NCBI RefSeq assembly: GCF_000143415.4
Contig: NW_003314320.1
Span: forward strand, 1-64,000
Direction: 5' to 3'
DNA from: Selaginella moellendorffii
Taxonomy: Eukaryota; Plantae; Lycopodiophyta
Length of the DNA: 64,000 bases
Shown: in pieces, positions 1 through 12,124 of the stretch
Layout: every line of letters begins with the position of its first letter
How positions within the stretch are numbered: the first letter of the stretch is position 1
Notes under the pieces: model-generated
The model's input: only the letters and a program-made list of their open reading frames with translations
Told to the model about the DNA's origin: nothing
Database searches by the model: none
Made by a program: the position numbers and the translations under genes

Positions 1-7
1 TATATAT

Positions 8-170
8 GCCAAGTGTACAGCTATGATGCATATACTAATATAAGCGTAGTGGGATTTTGGTAGCCGTCGGATTAGTTTTAATCCAAACTACTCACTCCTA
101 TATATAAGCTAGGGTTTTTGGGCTAATTGAGATGCTTCTGTATTCCCTTTCCATATTCCAAACACTCACA
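8..170 (+). repeat. 5' LTR of A1 (first ~7 bp TGTGAGG replaced by TATATAT)
   Basis: GCCAAGTGTA...CACTCACA matches 11840-12007 with roughly 10% mismatches. Confidence 0.9.
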
Positions 171-171
171 T

Positions 172-187
172 TGGTGGAGGTGAGGGG
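172..187 (+). promoter_or_regulatory. Primer-binding site complementary to tRNA-Ala 3' end
   Basis: TGGTGGAGGTGAGGGG 1 nt after the LTR; the plant tRNA-Ala 3' complement is TGGTGGAGATGCGGGG (2 mismatches). Same motif in A2 at 20047-20062 on the minus strand. Confidence 0.75.
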
Positions 188-300
188 CACCTTTGATTGT
201 CCTTGAGGAGTGCTTGAATTTGGGATTTTGGTTTAGATTTAGCTTTTGCATTGTTTAGATCTAGCTTTTTCCATTTCATTTCTTTTGTTCTTTCCCTTTC

Positions 301-1165
301 CTGTTGGTCCAATTGTTTGATGCTATGCGCTTGCAATTGAACAACCAAACTCAATTGATGGCGGCATTCACGGCACGTGGTCCAACTCCTCCTGCTCTTG
401 GTGCCAATCCTCGCGTTCGGCCAGAGTTCTTTCATGGGAATCCTGGGGATGATGTGTACCATTGGTTTGATCACTTCACGTGATTGCCACATATCATTCT
501 TGGGATGATGCTCGACGTTTATGTAAGTTTCCCATGTGTCTCCAAGGGACGGCGTTACAGTGGTACAATGGATTGAGTGTGGCCACTCGTGAGGATTGGA
601 GTGTTCTTCCGAACGTCTTCAAATGCGCCTTCAGACATGCCGACGATTGTGACGATGCCTTTCAACAATTGCATCATCTTCGCCAAGGGCCATCTGAGTC
701 GGTGATGCAATTTGGCATTCATTTCCGAAGTCTTTTGCTTTGTACGGAGCCCAATATGTTGGAGCAAATCAAGCTAGGAATGTTGTGGCCAGCACTTCGT
801 CAAGATCTTGTCGGCCTTGTGCATGCACTTGCTCCTGCCACCCTTAACGATGCTCTTCGCTTGGCACAACATTATGAGACGTCGCCTCTTCCACTTCTCG
901 CTGCATGTCCTTCAGCTCCACTTCCTATGAGTGATGGTCCTGTTCCAATGGAGGTTGATGCTGCTGCTACTCGAGTCCAAGGACAAGGGCAAGGACATGG
1001 TCGTGGCCATGATGTTCGTTGTTGGGCATGTGATGAAGTTGGTCATACTTATCGGCGTTCTCGGCGCTTTTCGGATTGGCAACCTCCATTTCTTGGGTGG
1101 AGACCTTGGCATCAACAACGTCACGTTGGTGCTGCTGCAGTGGAAGGTTTGGACACCGAGATGCA
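301..1165 (+). pseudogene. gag: gag of A1 (5' end deleted; last codons resume at 8563)
   Basis: Retrotrans_gag-like LRQGPSESV, PMEVDA linker, degenerate zinc knuckle CWACDEVGHTYRRS; near-identical to A2 gag. Confidence 0.85.
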
Positions 1166-2301
1166 TGTCGCGAATGTGACTTTGGGTATCGAAAGTTACC
1201 TGTCGGCCAGTCCTTACGGACACTCTTACCTTACTGCCACGATGGCAGGAGGTCGGTATTGTTGGACCCTTTATCAGTCCCTCTTGTGCTAGTGGAGTTA
1301 ACTGGGCATTTCGAGTGTACTTAGACCGGACGAGCATAAGGACGGAATTCCTACGTGTTATTAGCTAAGCATACTTAGCCCGGTAAGGAGTTCCCGTCTC
1401 GTTTTGTCTTGCACTTGCTAGTGACAAGAACCCTCGCGTATTGAGATTAGTCCCTCAATATCGCTACATGATAGCTTACCGTGTCTGCCAAACACCCTCG
1501 CTATCATGCCCTTTGTGTTAGTCTCATTTCGGTCCCAAATGCTATTTATGGAAAGTGTTTAAATTCGCTCATTTGGCACATCTACAGAATGTAGAGATCG
1601 GCCCGAACACAATGGTGTTCGTCCCGTGTCCAAATTCACAATCTAGGGACATTCCATATTTAGTAAGTTTCGAGTTTGTCCCAGAGACTAACTCCTGATA
1701 CTAAGGGAGGCTTGGGGTGAAAGCCCAAAGCGTGTGTTCCTCAAGGGGGGGGGGGGGGCTATGGGGGGTTCCAAATGTATAGTAGGGATAGTGGGTAGGT
1801 CGGGCATGGCCGACCAACCTGAGGTATAGTCTAGCTCCCGCTTGCGTGCCTGTCCTTGTTCTGCGTCCGGCTTGGGTCTAAGCCCAAGTTCCATACCATG
1901 CTAGCTGGTGGAGTACCCATACTCTCATGTTAGGCCACCGGTATGCCGAAATAGCGCCAGACTCCGTTTGGCTCCGTTTTGCGTGCTGGTCCTGGCATTG
2001 GGATGCTGGTTGCTCTAGGACTGTTCCAAGTCGCTCCGGGCCTCTGTCCCTTCGCTCCTTGGGCTATATGCTCGGGAGTTGCTCCGTGGTCCGGTTCCAT
2101 CACTCCTTGGCGTCACGCTTGGGAGTTTGGCACCGTTCCTTCGTTCAGTGGCCCAAGGCCCTGAACCTCGGGTTCCTGTGGACACGTGGCATGTGACACG
2201 TGGCATCTGTCATGTGGCACAAGAGGGTTTAGGTTCCGCTTCGTGGTGTTATCCTATGGTAAATCACCATAGGATAAAGGGTCAAAACCACGTGCGCTAC
2301 A
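1166..2301 (+). repeat. 5' LTR of B1 (1136 bp)
   Basis: TGTCGCGAAT...GCGCTACA, repeated at 7413-8557 and inverted at 31848-32938 and 37848-38973. Confidence 0.95.
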
Positions 2302-4365
2302 TTTGGTATCAGAGGATGAGTCTCAGCGAGTACTATTCAATGAGATTGGGCAACTAGTCTCGTTGCATACGTAGAGATGAAAACGATGATCCGAGTGGGT
2401 ACACGTTTGGGTGCAAAGACTTCGCAATCGTTCCTTGGGTATGGATTCGGTTACCTTCTTGTACCGTAATTATGTGAGCTTGCTCTTGGGCTCATAAGAT
2501 GGATTTGAGTTGTTCCAGTAGCACGAGTTTGCGCTTGGGCTCGTGAGTGAGGCACATTAGCAACTCAAGGTTACACTTAGAGTTGGCAGGATTAATGTTA
2601 GCCTATCAGTGGTTCCATGAGTTGTTCCATGTACCATGGGTGAAAGTAAATTTTCCCTGGGTTTGCTATGAGTGGCAAATAGGCTGGTCCGTAGCTGTTT
2701 AGCATGGCACTAGTAGATCCTTCCTAGGCATGATTATAAGTGGATCAATCAAGACTGTAGGGAATAGTCTATTGGTTCATGTAATTATTGCCGTGATCTC
2801 TTATAAACTTTTCTTCGATTGAACTAAAGGCAGTGCGAAAGCAAGTTTGAGGTTTGGTCAAAGATGAGACTGGAAAGAGACTCATCGGGGACGGAGGATC
2901 AAATACGTAAATCATTTTCTCTTCTTGGAGAGATGATTTGCAACGAAGTGTTAACTCATTGCTTGTGTTTACATTATGCAATCAAGAGTCCCTACCTTGA
3001 TGCATGTTGGAAATGATGGTCTTACAAATGGTGAGTTGTGGGATGGATAGCGGTGAAACGTTATACCATTTTGTCTAAGCTTGCTATGGAAGACTGGGGT
3101 TGCAATGCTCAATTCTTTTCCAGGGAACCTTGCTATTGCTCCTTGAGTAGCTTGGTGTTGGAATAGTTTTGAGATTGGTCGGAAAGAGAGTGGCATAAGC
3201 TTGTCTGTGTTATGAACAAAAGTTAGTGGTGTTGGGTGTCGTAAATCTCTATTGGTGGAGTGTGGCATTTATGTTGCATTTTGTCGAATCGAGTTGGCAT
3301 TTGATACTCACATAAACGTTTAAAGTAATGACATAAGCCTTGCTCATTGCGTTACTCAATTGATGATCAAGTCATTGTGATTTATATCATATCCATATGA
3401 TAATGAGCAATGTGTTTACGAAGTTGCTTGGGTAAATGATGATCAACCCCAAAGTGGTTGATGGAGAAGCTAGTCTACTTGCACGAAGTAGCATTGTAGT
3501 AGCCTTGACTGGATTCTCAATGGTGGTCCATTATGCTAAGCTTATGTTGGTACCTTGTTTCCTTGAGGGTTTGCCCATAAGGTGTTGGAAAAGGGTTATA
3601 GCATTCATTTGTTATAGCTCATTGGTTGATCCGTTAGCACTTGGAGTAGATTATTGGATGGAGAAGGTGTGTAGTTGGGGCATTGACATCACTAGCACTT
3701 GTGTTAGTGGAAGTGGCATTGTTATTTCAAATGATGAGGAATTTTCCTTGGACCTTGATTTTTCATGTCATTTATCTTGTTAGTGTTTTGGCTTCACATT
3801 GGATCTTGAAGGTGATTGAAGAAGAGTGTTAGTGCAATGTGGATATCCGAAGATGTGGTCTTAGTGATCAAGCCTTGGATGTTCATTTTGCACTTTGCGG
3901 ATGACGGTGTTGGATATCGGTTAGATGGGCAAAGATGTTCGATGCTTAAGCATATTTTTGGATCATGAGAATTTTTGTTGAGGTGAACCTATGTGGAGTT
4001 GTTAGTAGGAGGAAGTTGGTTGAGTCTTGAAAGTTTGCAATTCTGGATTGAGAGTCATTCTTTCTCTAGGATGGAAAATTTTCCACAAATTTTCTTAGAC
4101 TTTTCCAATGGCTGATCTATTGATCACTTTGCTCGAAAACCATTTCATTTTTGAAAGCCAGTACAAACTAGTGAAGGGGTTGGAGTTGACTTCGGCTGGC
4201 TTAGATCTTAGTAGGTAGTTTGTATGATGCGGCCCGAAAGGGATGCTAACTTTTGGGGCTAAAGCAATTGAGTTGGATAGAGTCTGGAGTTGGTGTAGAA
4301 AAGTTGGCTGTTGCGCTTTTCTAAGAAAGGTGACCCTTGTGCCTTTCTTTTGTAGTGTTGTGCTT

Positions 4366-4465
4366 NNNNNNNNNNNNNNNNNNNNNNNNNNNNNNNNNNN
4401 NNNNNNNNNNNNNNNNNNNNNNNNNNNNNNNNNNNNNNNNNNNNNNNNNNNNNNNNNNNNNNNNN
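4366..4465. other. Assembly gap (100 N)
   Basis: Run of N. Confidence 1.
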
Positions 4466-7412
4466 TCGCCAATCGGACTGATGCAAAACGTTCTGATAGT
4501 TTGCACCTTGCATTTCGTTAGACTCTATGAGAGTAGTGAGCTCTCACTGATCTTGACTTGGTCTTGGTGGCCCTGCACCTTGGCTGAGGATGGTGATGTC
4601 CAACTTAGTTGTTTGAGGTTGAGATGTTGGTACCCGTACTATAGCTTTGTCTATGAGGAGGTTGTGTACCGATATGAGTCCATCTCATAGTCTTCACTTT
4701 AGTTTCGACTGAGTGTTGATCACATAGCTAGCCTCTTCAAGGCATGCTCAGAGCTATTGACTAAATGCATTAGTGAGCTTATTGCGGTTGAGTTGGATTC
4801 GAGTGGTCATTTAGTTTGTGCTTGTCTATGAACTTTTATCTCGTACCTGGGGTATTATGTTCATGTTGGACAAGTATGTAACTCGATGACATGAGTTAGT
4901 GTTCGGGTCTTGTGAAGGCAAGTTGAAGGGCGATTGTTAGTTGATTTGCGACAAGTGATTATTTGTAGACTTTGTCAAAAAGACCGTTGACACTTGCTTT
5001 GCTCGATGATGATTTAGCAGTGGTGGGCTTGCTTGACCGGATGGTGTTGCGGAGGATCGTGTTGTTGGACTTGCATGATTTTCCATGTTGGCATGTCGAC
5101 TTTACCTCTGTTGATATCATTTGGTTACATTTAGTCCGTAGTGTTGGATTTCATTGAGTCTTGGACGTGGTGAATCACTCCTTGATGATGTGTTCTCTGT
5201 AACTGAGTATTGTTAGAGGATTGGTCTCCGATACTAAGTATAGTATCTTCGACTTTGGTTAGCTTGGTTGCTGGAAAGCTCCAAGTGGTGATTCACTCTT
5301 GCTTTCTTCTAGCTTTGTCCTGATGTTGATGGCATTAAAGTGATGCCTTGTCATTGATGTTGTTGACATTGAGATTCGAGTGAAATGAGATATCCTTCCA
5401 AGGATTGATATTGAGTTTCATTAGTCTTGATGAATATAGTGTTGATGATTTGGTTATAGCTTTGTGTTGTTGGCATTCGTGCATTTGCTAGTTAGCAACT
5501 GTGTTGACGTTCAAACGAACTGAGTGGCAAGTTGAGTTAGTTGTGTTCTAGACGAGATTATTTAGTAGAGGGTTGAGCTTTAGCTTTTCCTTGAAAAGTG
5601 ATTTAGTCGTGGACTGTGCTAACTCTACGAGAAGAAGAGTTAGTGATCGATATTAGAATGTTGAGTCCTTGCTGGATTTGAGTTCGGAATATAGCAATCA
5701 TTAATGATTCTTTTTGAGCTTGTTATGAAGTGAGTTACGTCTTGCTATAGATGGATTCATGGAGGATCGTTTGATGATCACTTGTTAAGCATAGCTTCGT
5801 TATGCTTAGCTTTTGGATTGATGCAGAAATGCTTTTTATTAGCTTTGGCATTATAGAGTTTAGCTTATGGATGTGTTGAGGAAGACATTGTGGGTTGCAC
5901 CATGATTTCTTCTTTAGCATTGAAGTTAGCTTCTATGAGACTCGTGATCATTATTAAGTAAGACTTGGCTATAGGCTTCTTCGAACTTTTGGTCCTTTGA
6001 GTTTTATGCTCATTGTTCCATTTGTTAGAAGTTGTTGGGGAAAGCATTTTTGGCCCTTTAGCTTCGATGTACAAGTTAGTATTTGCATTTAGCAATCAGT
6101 GGTGATGATTGACTATCATCTAGGATAATTGATTATCCTTGTACGAGGTTTTGCTTGATTATCGTTGATCTAGATTGATTTGCTATTCTTTGGGATGGTG
6201 GATTCCTTCTAAGACAATGATTCTGCATATCTCTTATTGATGGGATGATTAATGATCTTTCATGATGGTTAGTTGTTCTCTTTGATAGCTTTTGGCTTTT
6301 TGCAATACCACCAGTTGTTTGTGGTTTGCTCTGGATTGGTCTCTTGGGTTTGATACGTCAGTAGGATGTTGCTAACACTTGCTTAGGCAACTTGAGTTCC
6401 TTGGTATTGTTGACTGGGATCTATTCAGATTGGCTTTTGTGATAGTTGGCAGGAATGAGTGTTTGTTGGTCTTACCACATTCATTCTCTTCTGTTGATTG
6501 TTGCTTGAGTTAGTTTTGATAGATTTGGATGTTATTTCCTTTGGGTGATACATTCGCCAAAATTTGGTTTGCCAGTCAATGATACTTTGTGTTCTTTGAG
6601 TTATCTTTCGTAAGTTGTTTGGCATTCTCTCTACCATCTTCGATAGTTAAGTTTCATCATTGAGTTTCCTTGATGATATACTTGCTATTAAATTTTGTTG
6701 GATGGTGATTCCTATGTTTACCAATTATAGTGATCTTGGTGGTTACTATACTATAATACTAGTTTATCGGATGATAACTTATTTGGAATACATTTGTGTT
6801 CTCATCTAAGCTTTATTCACTGATAATTACATCTCTAAGATATCATTGTTTATGACTTTGATATAGTCCCTATATATTGATCTTTGAGTTTGGGCCAGTA
6901 TAGGCAGACTGGCTTCGGCACTTCGTGTGCATGTTGAAATCTCTAGTCATGGGGTAGCTACTGTCGACTGGTCACATCACCCGCCTCTCTGTCGATGTTC
7001 CTTATTCCGTTGAAAGGGCGTGACCGTGTAAACAACTCTAACTGCCTGTTTACAGTAGTCTATCTAAACCTTACCGACGGGTTTGGTTTCTTTGCTCAGG
7101 AGGGTTGGGGCCTCTGGTTCCTCTCTCTATGTCTCTGCGGGCAGGGCGTATCACACTTTTGTAGTTGGGTGACACCCAGAGCAGCAAGGGTGGCTGACTC
7201 CATTGGTCATTTCCTTGTCGGTGACGGCCGGAAGGTGTCTGAGCTGGTAGTGCATCCGCGTTAGACAAAGAGGTTCCCCCTCACTCATTTAAGTTGGTGC
7301 ATTTCTCACATAGTGTGAGTACGGTGAACTTTTTATGGAGTTGTTTCCTTGGCGGTATTCTAGACTGGAGTATGCATCGACGAGGACGTCGATCTTCCCA
7401 AGGGGGGGAGAG

Positions 7413-8557
7413 TGTCGCGAATGTGACTTCGGGTATCGAAAGTTACCTGTCGGCCAGTCCTTACGGACACTCTTACCTTACTGCCACGATGGCAGGAGGT
7501 CGGTATTGTTGGACCCTTTATCAGTCCCTCTTGTGCTAGTGGAGTTAACTGGGCATTTCGAGTGTACTTAGACCGGACGAGCATAAGGATGGAATTCCTA
7601 CGTGTTATTAGCTAAGCATACTTAGCCCGGTAAGGAGTTCCCGTCTCGTTTTGTCTTGCACTTGCTAGTGACAAGAACCCTCGCGTATTGAGATTAGTCC
7701 CTCAATATCGCTACATGATAGCTTACCGTGTCTGCCAAACACCCTCGCTATCATGCCCTTTGTGTTAGTCTCATTTCGGTCCCAAATGCTATTTATGGAA
7801 AGTGTTTAGATTCGCTCATTTGGCACATCTACAGAATGTAGAGATCGGCCCGAACACAATGGTGTTCGTCCCGTGTCCAAATTCACAATCTAGGGACATT
7901 CCATATTTAGTAAGTTTCGAGTTTGTCCCAGAGACTAACTCCTGATACTAAGGGAGGCTTGGGGTGAAAGCCCAAAGCGTGTGTTCCTCAAGGGGGGGGG
8001 GCTATGGGGGGTTCCAAATGTATAGTAGGGATAGTGGGTAGGTCGGGCATGGCCGACCAACCTGAGGCATAGTCTAGCTCCCGCTTGCGTGCCTGTCCTT
8101 GTTCTGCGTCTGGCTTGGGTCTAAGCCTAAGTTCCATACCATGCTAGCTGGTGGAGTACCCATACTCTCATGTTAGGCCACCGGTATGCCGAAATAGCGC
8201 CAGACTCCGTTTGGCTCCGTTTTGCGTGCTGGTCCTGGCATTGGGATGCTGGTTGCTCTAGGACTGTTCCAAGTCGCTCCAGGCCTCTGTCCCTTCGCTC
8301 CTTGGGCTATATGCTCGGGAGTTGCTCCGTGGTCCGGTTCCATCACTCCTTGGCGTCACGCTTGGGAGTTTGGCACCGTTCCTTCGTTCAGTGGCCCAAG
8401 GCCCTGAACCTCGGGTTCCTGTGGACACGTGGCATGGACACGTGGCATGTGACACGTGGCATCTGTCATGTGGCACAAGAGGGTTTAGGTTCCACTTCGT
8501 GGTGTTATCCTATGGTAAATCACCATAGGATAAAGGGTCAAAACCACGTGCGCTACA
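7413..8557 (+). repeat. 3' LTR of B1 (1145 bp)
   Basis: Copy of 1166-2301 with an extra 13-bp GGACACGTGGCAT unit; preceded by PPT AAGGGGGGGAGAG. Confidence 0.95.
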
Positions 8558-8565
8558 ATGCATCC

Positions 8566-8627
8566 GAGAAACGAGGAGTCGCGCGAGTAACGGAAGGACC
8601 TTGCGTGAATAAGTCAGTGACCCCTCC
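8566..8627 (+). promoter_or_regulatory. Putative -1 ribosomal frameshift signal of A1 (degenerate slippery site G AGA AAC + H-type pseudoknot)
   Basis: Pol is in the -1 frame relative to gag. Stem 1 TCGCGCGAG/CTTGCGTGA, stem 2 GGAAGG/CCCTCC, 6-nt spacer. Confidence 0.7.
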
Positions 8628-11600
8628 ATCTTTCTTTCGGGAGTATCATCAAGGGGTTCACTCGGCACCAGTTCATCCAGTGTTTACTTTCCAAACTCAT
8701 CTTTATAACAAGAGGTCTCCTATTATTCTCTCCGTGTTGGTTGATACAGGTTCGAGTTTATCTTCTATTGCTCGACCTGTTGCCACACGTTGTCGTCTAC
8801 ACTTGCGTCGTGCGGCAGAACCAGTTTTCATTCTTTATGGCAACCGCCGTACACATGCATGTGTACGGGATGAGGCAGACATGGTTGTGCGTGTGGGCAA
8901 TCTCGAGCTTGTGTTGTAGTTGTTGCAAGTGGTGCCGAGTCAAGCTTTTGACCTCATTCTTGGTATGGATTAGTTGCAATGCAATCATGCCAAGTGTGAC
9001 TTTGAGGTTTCTCCCCCTTGTTTCATACTTCCTTATGTTTCATCCATTCCTCTCACTTTCGTACCTCTTCATCCCTCTACTTCTACCTCTGCTTCCATTA
9101 CTTTTGTTCCCCCACTATTTCCTCCTGTGTTTCCATCTTGTTCTGCTCCTCCCTTTTCCAATCCCTTTGACGATCTTTGTGTTGTAGCGGTTGGCTAACT
9201 CATGAAGGAGTATTCTGATCTCTTTGAATTTGACCTATTGTCTGGAGCCAAGATTGCCACACGTCATTGGATTCCAACCGGGGATGCTCGTCCAATCAAG
9301 GTTCCTGTTCGTCGTCGGTCACCAAAGGAGATCAAGATTTTACATGTAAACATCAAGGAGATGTTAGAAAAGGGTGTTATTCGGAAGTTGCGAAGTCCTT
9401 AGGCATGTGAACCTCATCTTGTGACGAAGCCTGATGAGGGTATTCGTTTCTACATTGACTATTGTCCGTTAAATGATGTAATGATCCCAGATGTGTACCC
9501 TCTTCCTTACACTGCTGATCTCTTGGATCGTTTGGGGCAAAGTCGTTGGTTCACCAAGCTAGATCTTGCTTCTGGGTACTGGCAAGTACCGATGGCCGAA
9601 GAAGATATTCCTAAGACTACTTTTCCTACACCATTTGGTTTGTATGAGTTCTTGGTGATGCCATTTGGTTTGAACAATGCTCCAGCAACTTTTCAATGGA
9701 TTCCCTACTCCGAAGTGTGTGAATGATGTGTAGCGCTTCTTGGGCAAGGTGCAGTATCTCGGGCGTTTTGTGGATCATCTTTCTGATCGCACTACACCAT
9801 TGCGAGCATTGCTGAAGTCATCAACGTCATCTTTCATTTGGTCTCTGGATTGTGAGCGGGCGTTCGGGGATCTCAAAGAGTCATTGACAACTCCTCCGGT
9901 TTTGGCATATCCTGACTACACTCGACCTTTTATTTTGCACGTGGATGCTTCTGACATTGGTCTTGGAGGTGTGTTAATGCAAGAGAGCTCGAGTGTGCCT
10001 GGTCAGCGCCATCCCATTACATATATAAGCCGTACATTACAACCAGCGGAGATGAACTACTCCACGACAGAGAAGGAGTGTTTAGTAGCAGTTTGGGGTT
10101 TCGAGAAACTTCATGCATATCTACATGGCTCTCGGACGTTACTTGAAGGTGACCATGCTGCTGTTATTTCGTTATTAAAGCAAAAGAACCTGGTTGGTCG
10201 TAATGCTCGGTGGGCTTTGAAGCTTTAGATATATGATTTTGATGTTGTTCACTACTTAGGGAGTTTTATGGCTGATGCTGATGCCCTTTCTCGAGCTCCT
10301 CTTCCTTTTTCATTTTCTTCTCATGTTTCTAACAAGCCTATCGTTCCAGCATCTGTGGATTTTCTAGATGAGGATTTTGTGCCGTCGGCGGTTGTTGTAC
10401 TTGACGTTCAGTGTCCACAAGGTGCAAAGCAAGATCTACCTTCGCTTGATGAGGTTTGCGAGGCTCAAAAGATTGAGCCATGGATTCAAAGGCTTCAAGA
10501 TGGGTTTGAGAATCCTGCATCACTTGCTGATGACTTGCCTTTCTGGCATTTACATTCTCAATATCGTCTTGAATGTGGCCTTCTTTATTTTGTGGGGACA
10601 GATTCTGATGATCATTTATGGCTGGTGGTGCCTTCTATCTTTATTCCGCAGTTTCTCCATGCCTACCATGATTCTCCTGTTCTAGGTGGGCATATCGGAC
10701 ATCATCGTGTAATCGAGAAGCTATGCAGGTCTTTCTATTGGCCGGAAATGCGACGTGATATTATCCGGTATGTGCGTAGCTGCGTTTGGTGCCAAGCTCG
10801 TAATACTCCCCCTCGGGCTGCGGAAGGACGGTTGGAGTCAATTGCAGTTTCCCATCCATTTGAGTTGGTGGTGTTTGATCTTATGGGACCTTTTCTACAG
10901 TCAACTATTGGCAATGAGTATGTTATTATTGCTTCTGACTATTTGACTCGTTGGGTGGAAGTTCATGCTCTTGCTAGCACCTTTGCAACTGCTGTTGGAT
11001 ACTTCCTCCTCAATTGAGTGGTGTTTCAACATTCTTGTCTAGAGCTGATTCTTTCGGATAATGGTCCTGCATTTATGGCTGAGGCATTTCATGTTTTGAC
11101 GTCTTGGTTGGGGATTCACCACACTTTCACAAGTGCTTATCATCCACAATCAGACAGTCTGGTGGAATGGCTCGTTTGGACGTTCAAGGGGATGATTGCA
11201 AAGTATGTGAACTTTCAGCATTCGGATTAGGATGGTTATTTGCCATCTCTTCGGTATGCATATGTCACTGGGGTGTAGAGTTCTATTGGTGCTTCACCAT
11301 AGAAATTTCTATATAGTCATGATTCAATATTACCAATGGAGCTAGGTTTACCTTCGCGATTGCCACGAGCTGCGGATGCTAGGTCATGGGATCAATATTT
11401 GACAAGCATTCTTCCACTTGTTCGGGCGGAATCTGCCGAACACTTAGGCTGCGTACAAGTGGGACAACAATGACGCTACAACTCCCATTATCATCCACCT
11501 GTAGAGTACAAAGTGGATGATTTAGTGTTAGTCCGTTTTCCCCATCTTATGGTACATGGTTTATCTAAGGGGCTCCTTGCACAGTGGAAAGGACCGTATC

Positions 11601-11800
11601 GAGTGTTGTGGCAAGTTGGACCACAAGTTTATGAGGTTTGGCATGACGTCCAGCAAGCCGATCCTCCAGAGGTTGTGCATGTGTAGCGGTTGAAATGCTT
11701 CATACAAAGGGATCAAGAGCGGTTAATACCATCTACAAATCCACCGATGCCTCCTCCTGATGTTCCTCCAAATCCCGGCTCGGCTACAAGAGAACCCTGA
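8573..11800 (+). pseudogene. pol: pol of A1 (protease, RT with ~254-bp deletion of the catalytic core, RNase H, integrase)
   Basis: VLVDTGSS, YPLPYTADLL, DLASGYWQ, MPFGLNNAPATF, HVDASDIG, YSTTEKE, DADALSR, H-H-C-C zinc finger, SDNGPAF, WKGPY; many premature stops. Confidence 0.93.
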
Positions 11801-11832
11801 TGGTCTTCCATTATTCCAAGAGGAGGGGATGA

Positions 11833-12002
11833 TGTGAGGGCCAAGTGTATGGTTACGATGCTGTATACTAATATTAACGTAGTGGGATTTTGGTAGCCGT
11901 CGAATTAATTTCAATCCAGACCACTCGCTCCTGTATATAAGCTAGGGTTTTTAGGCTAATTGAGATGCACATTTCTATATTCCCTTTCCATATTCCAAGC
12001 AC

Positions 12003-12007
<5 letters not shown>
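11833..12007 (+). repeat. 3' LTR of A1 (175 bp)
   Basis: TGTGAG...CTCACA inverted termini, directly after the PPT. Confidence 0.95.

Positions 12008-12124
<117 letters not shown>

Larger units (their letters stand above)
1166..8557 (+). mobile_element. Non-autonomous large LTR retroelement (LARD-like), family B copy 1, young
   Basis: LTRs 1166-2301 and 7413-8557 (TG...CA, about 9 substitutions plus small indels). TSD ATGCA at 1161-1165 and 8558-8562. tRNA-Met PBS TGGTATCAGAG at 2304-2314, PPT at 7400-7412. The 5.1-kb interior has no long ORF. Confidence 0.93.

Noticed and set aside
1927-2357. Short ORFs recurring in B LTRs (MLGHRYAEIAP..., MRAGPGIG...)
   Set aside because: They recur only because the LTR is repeated; frames are broken in B2 and show no protein motif.
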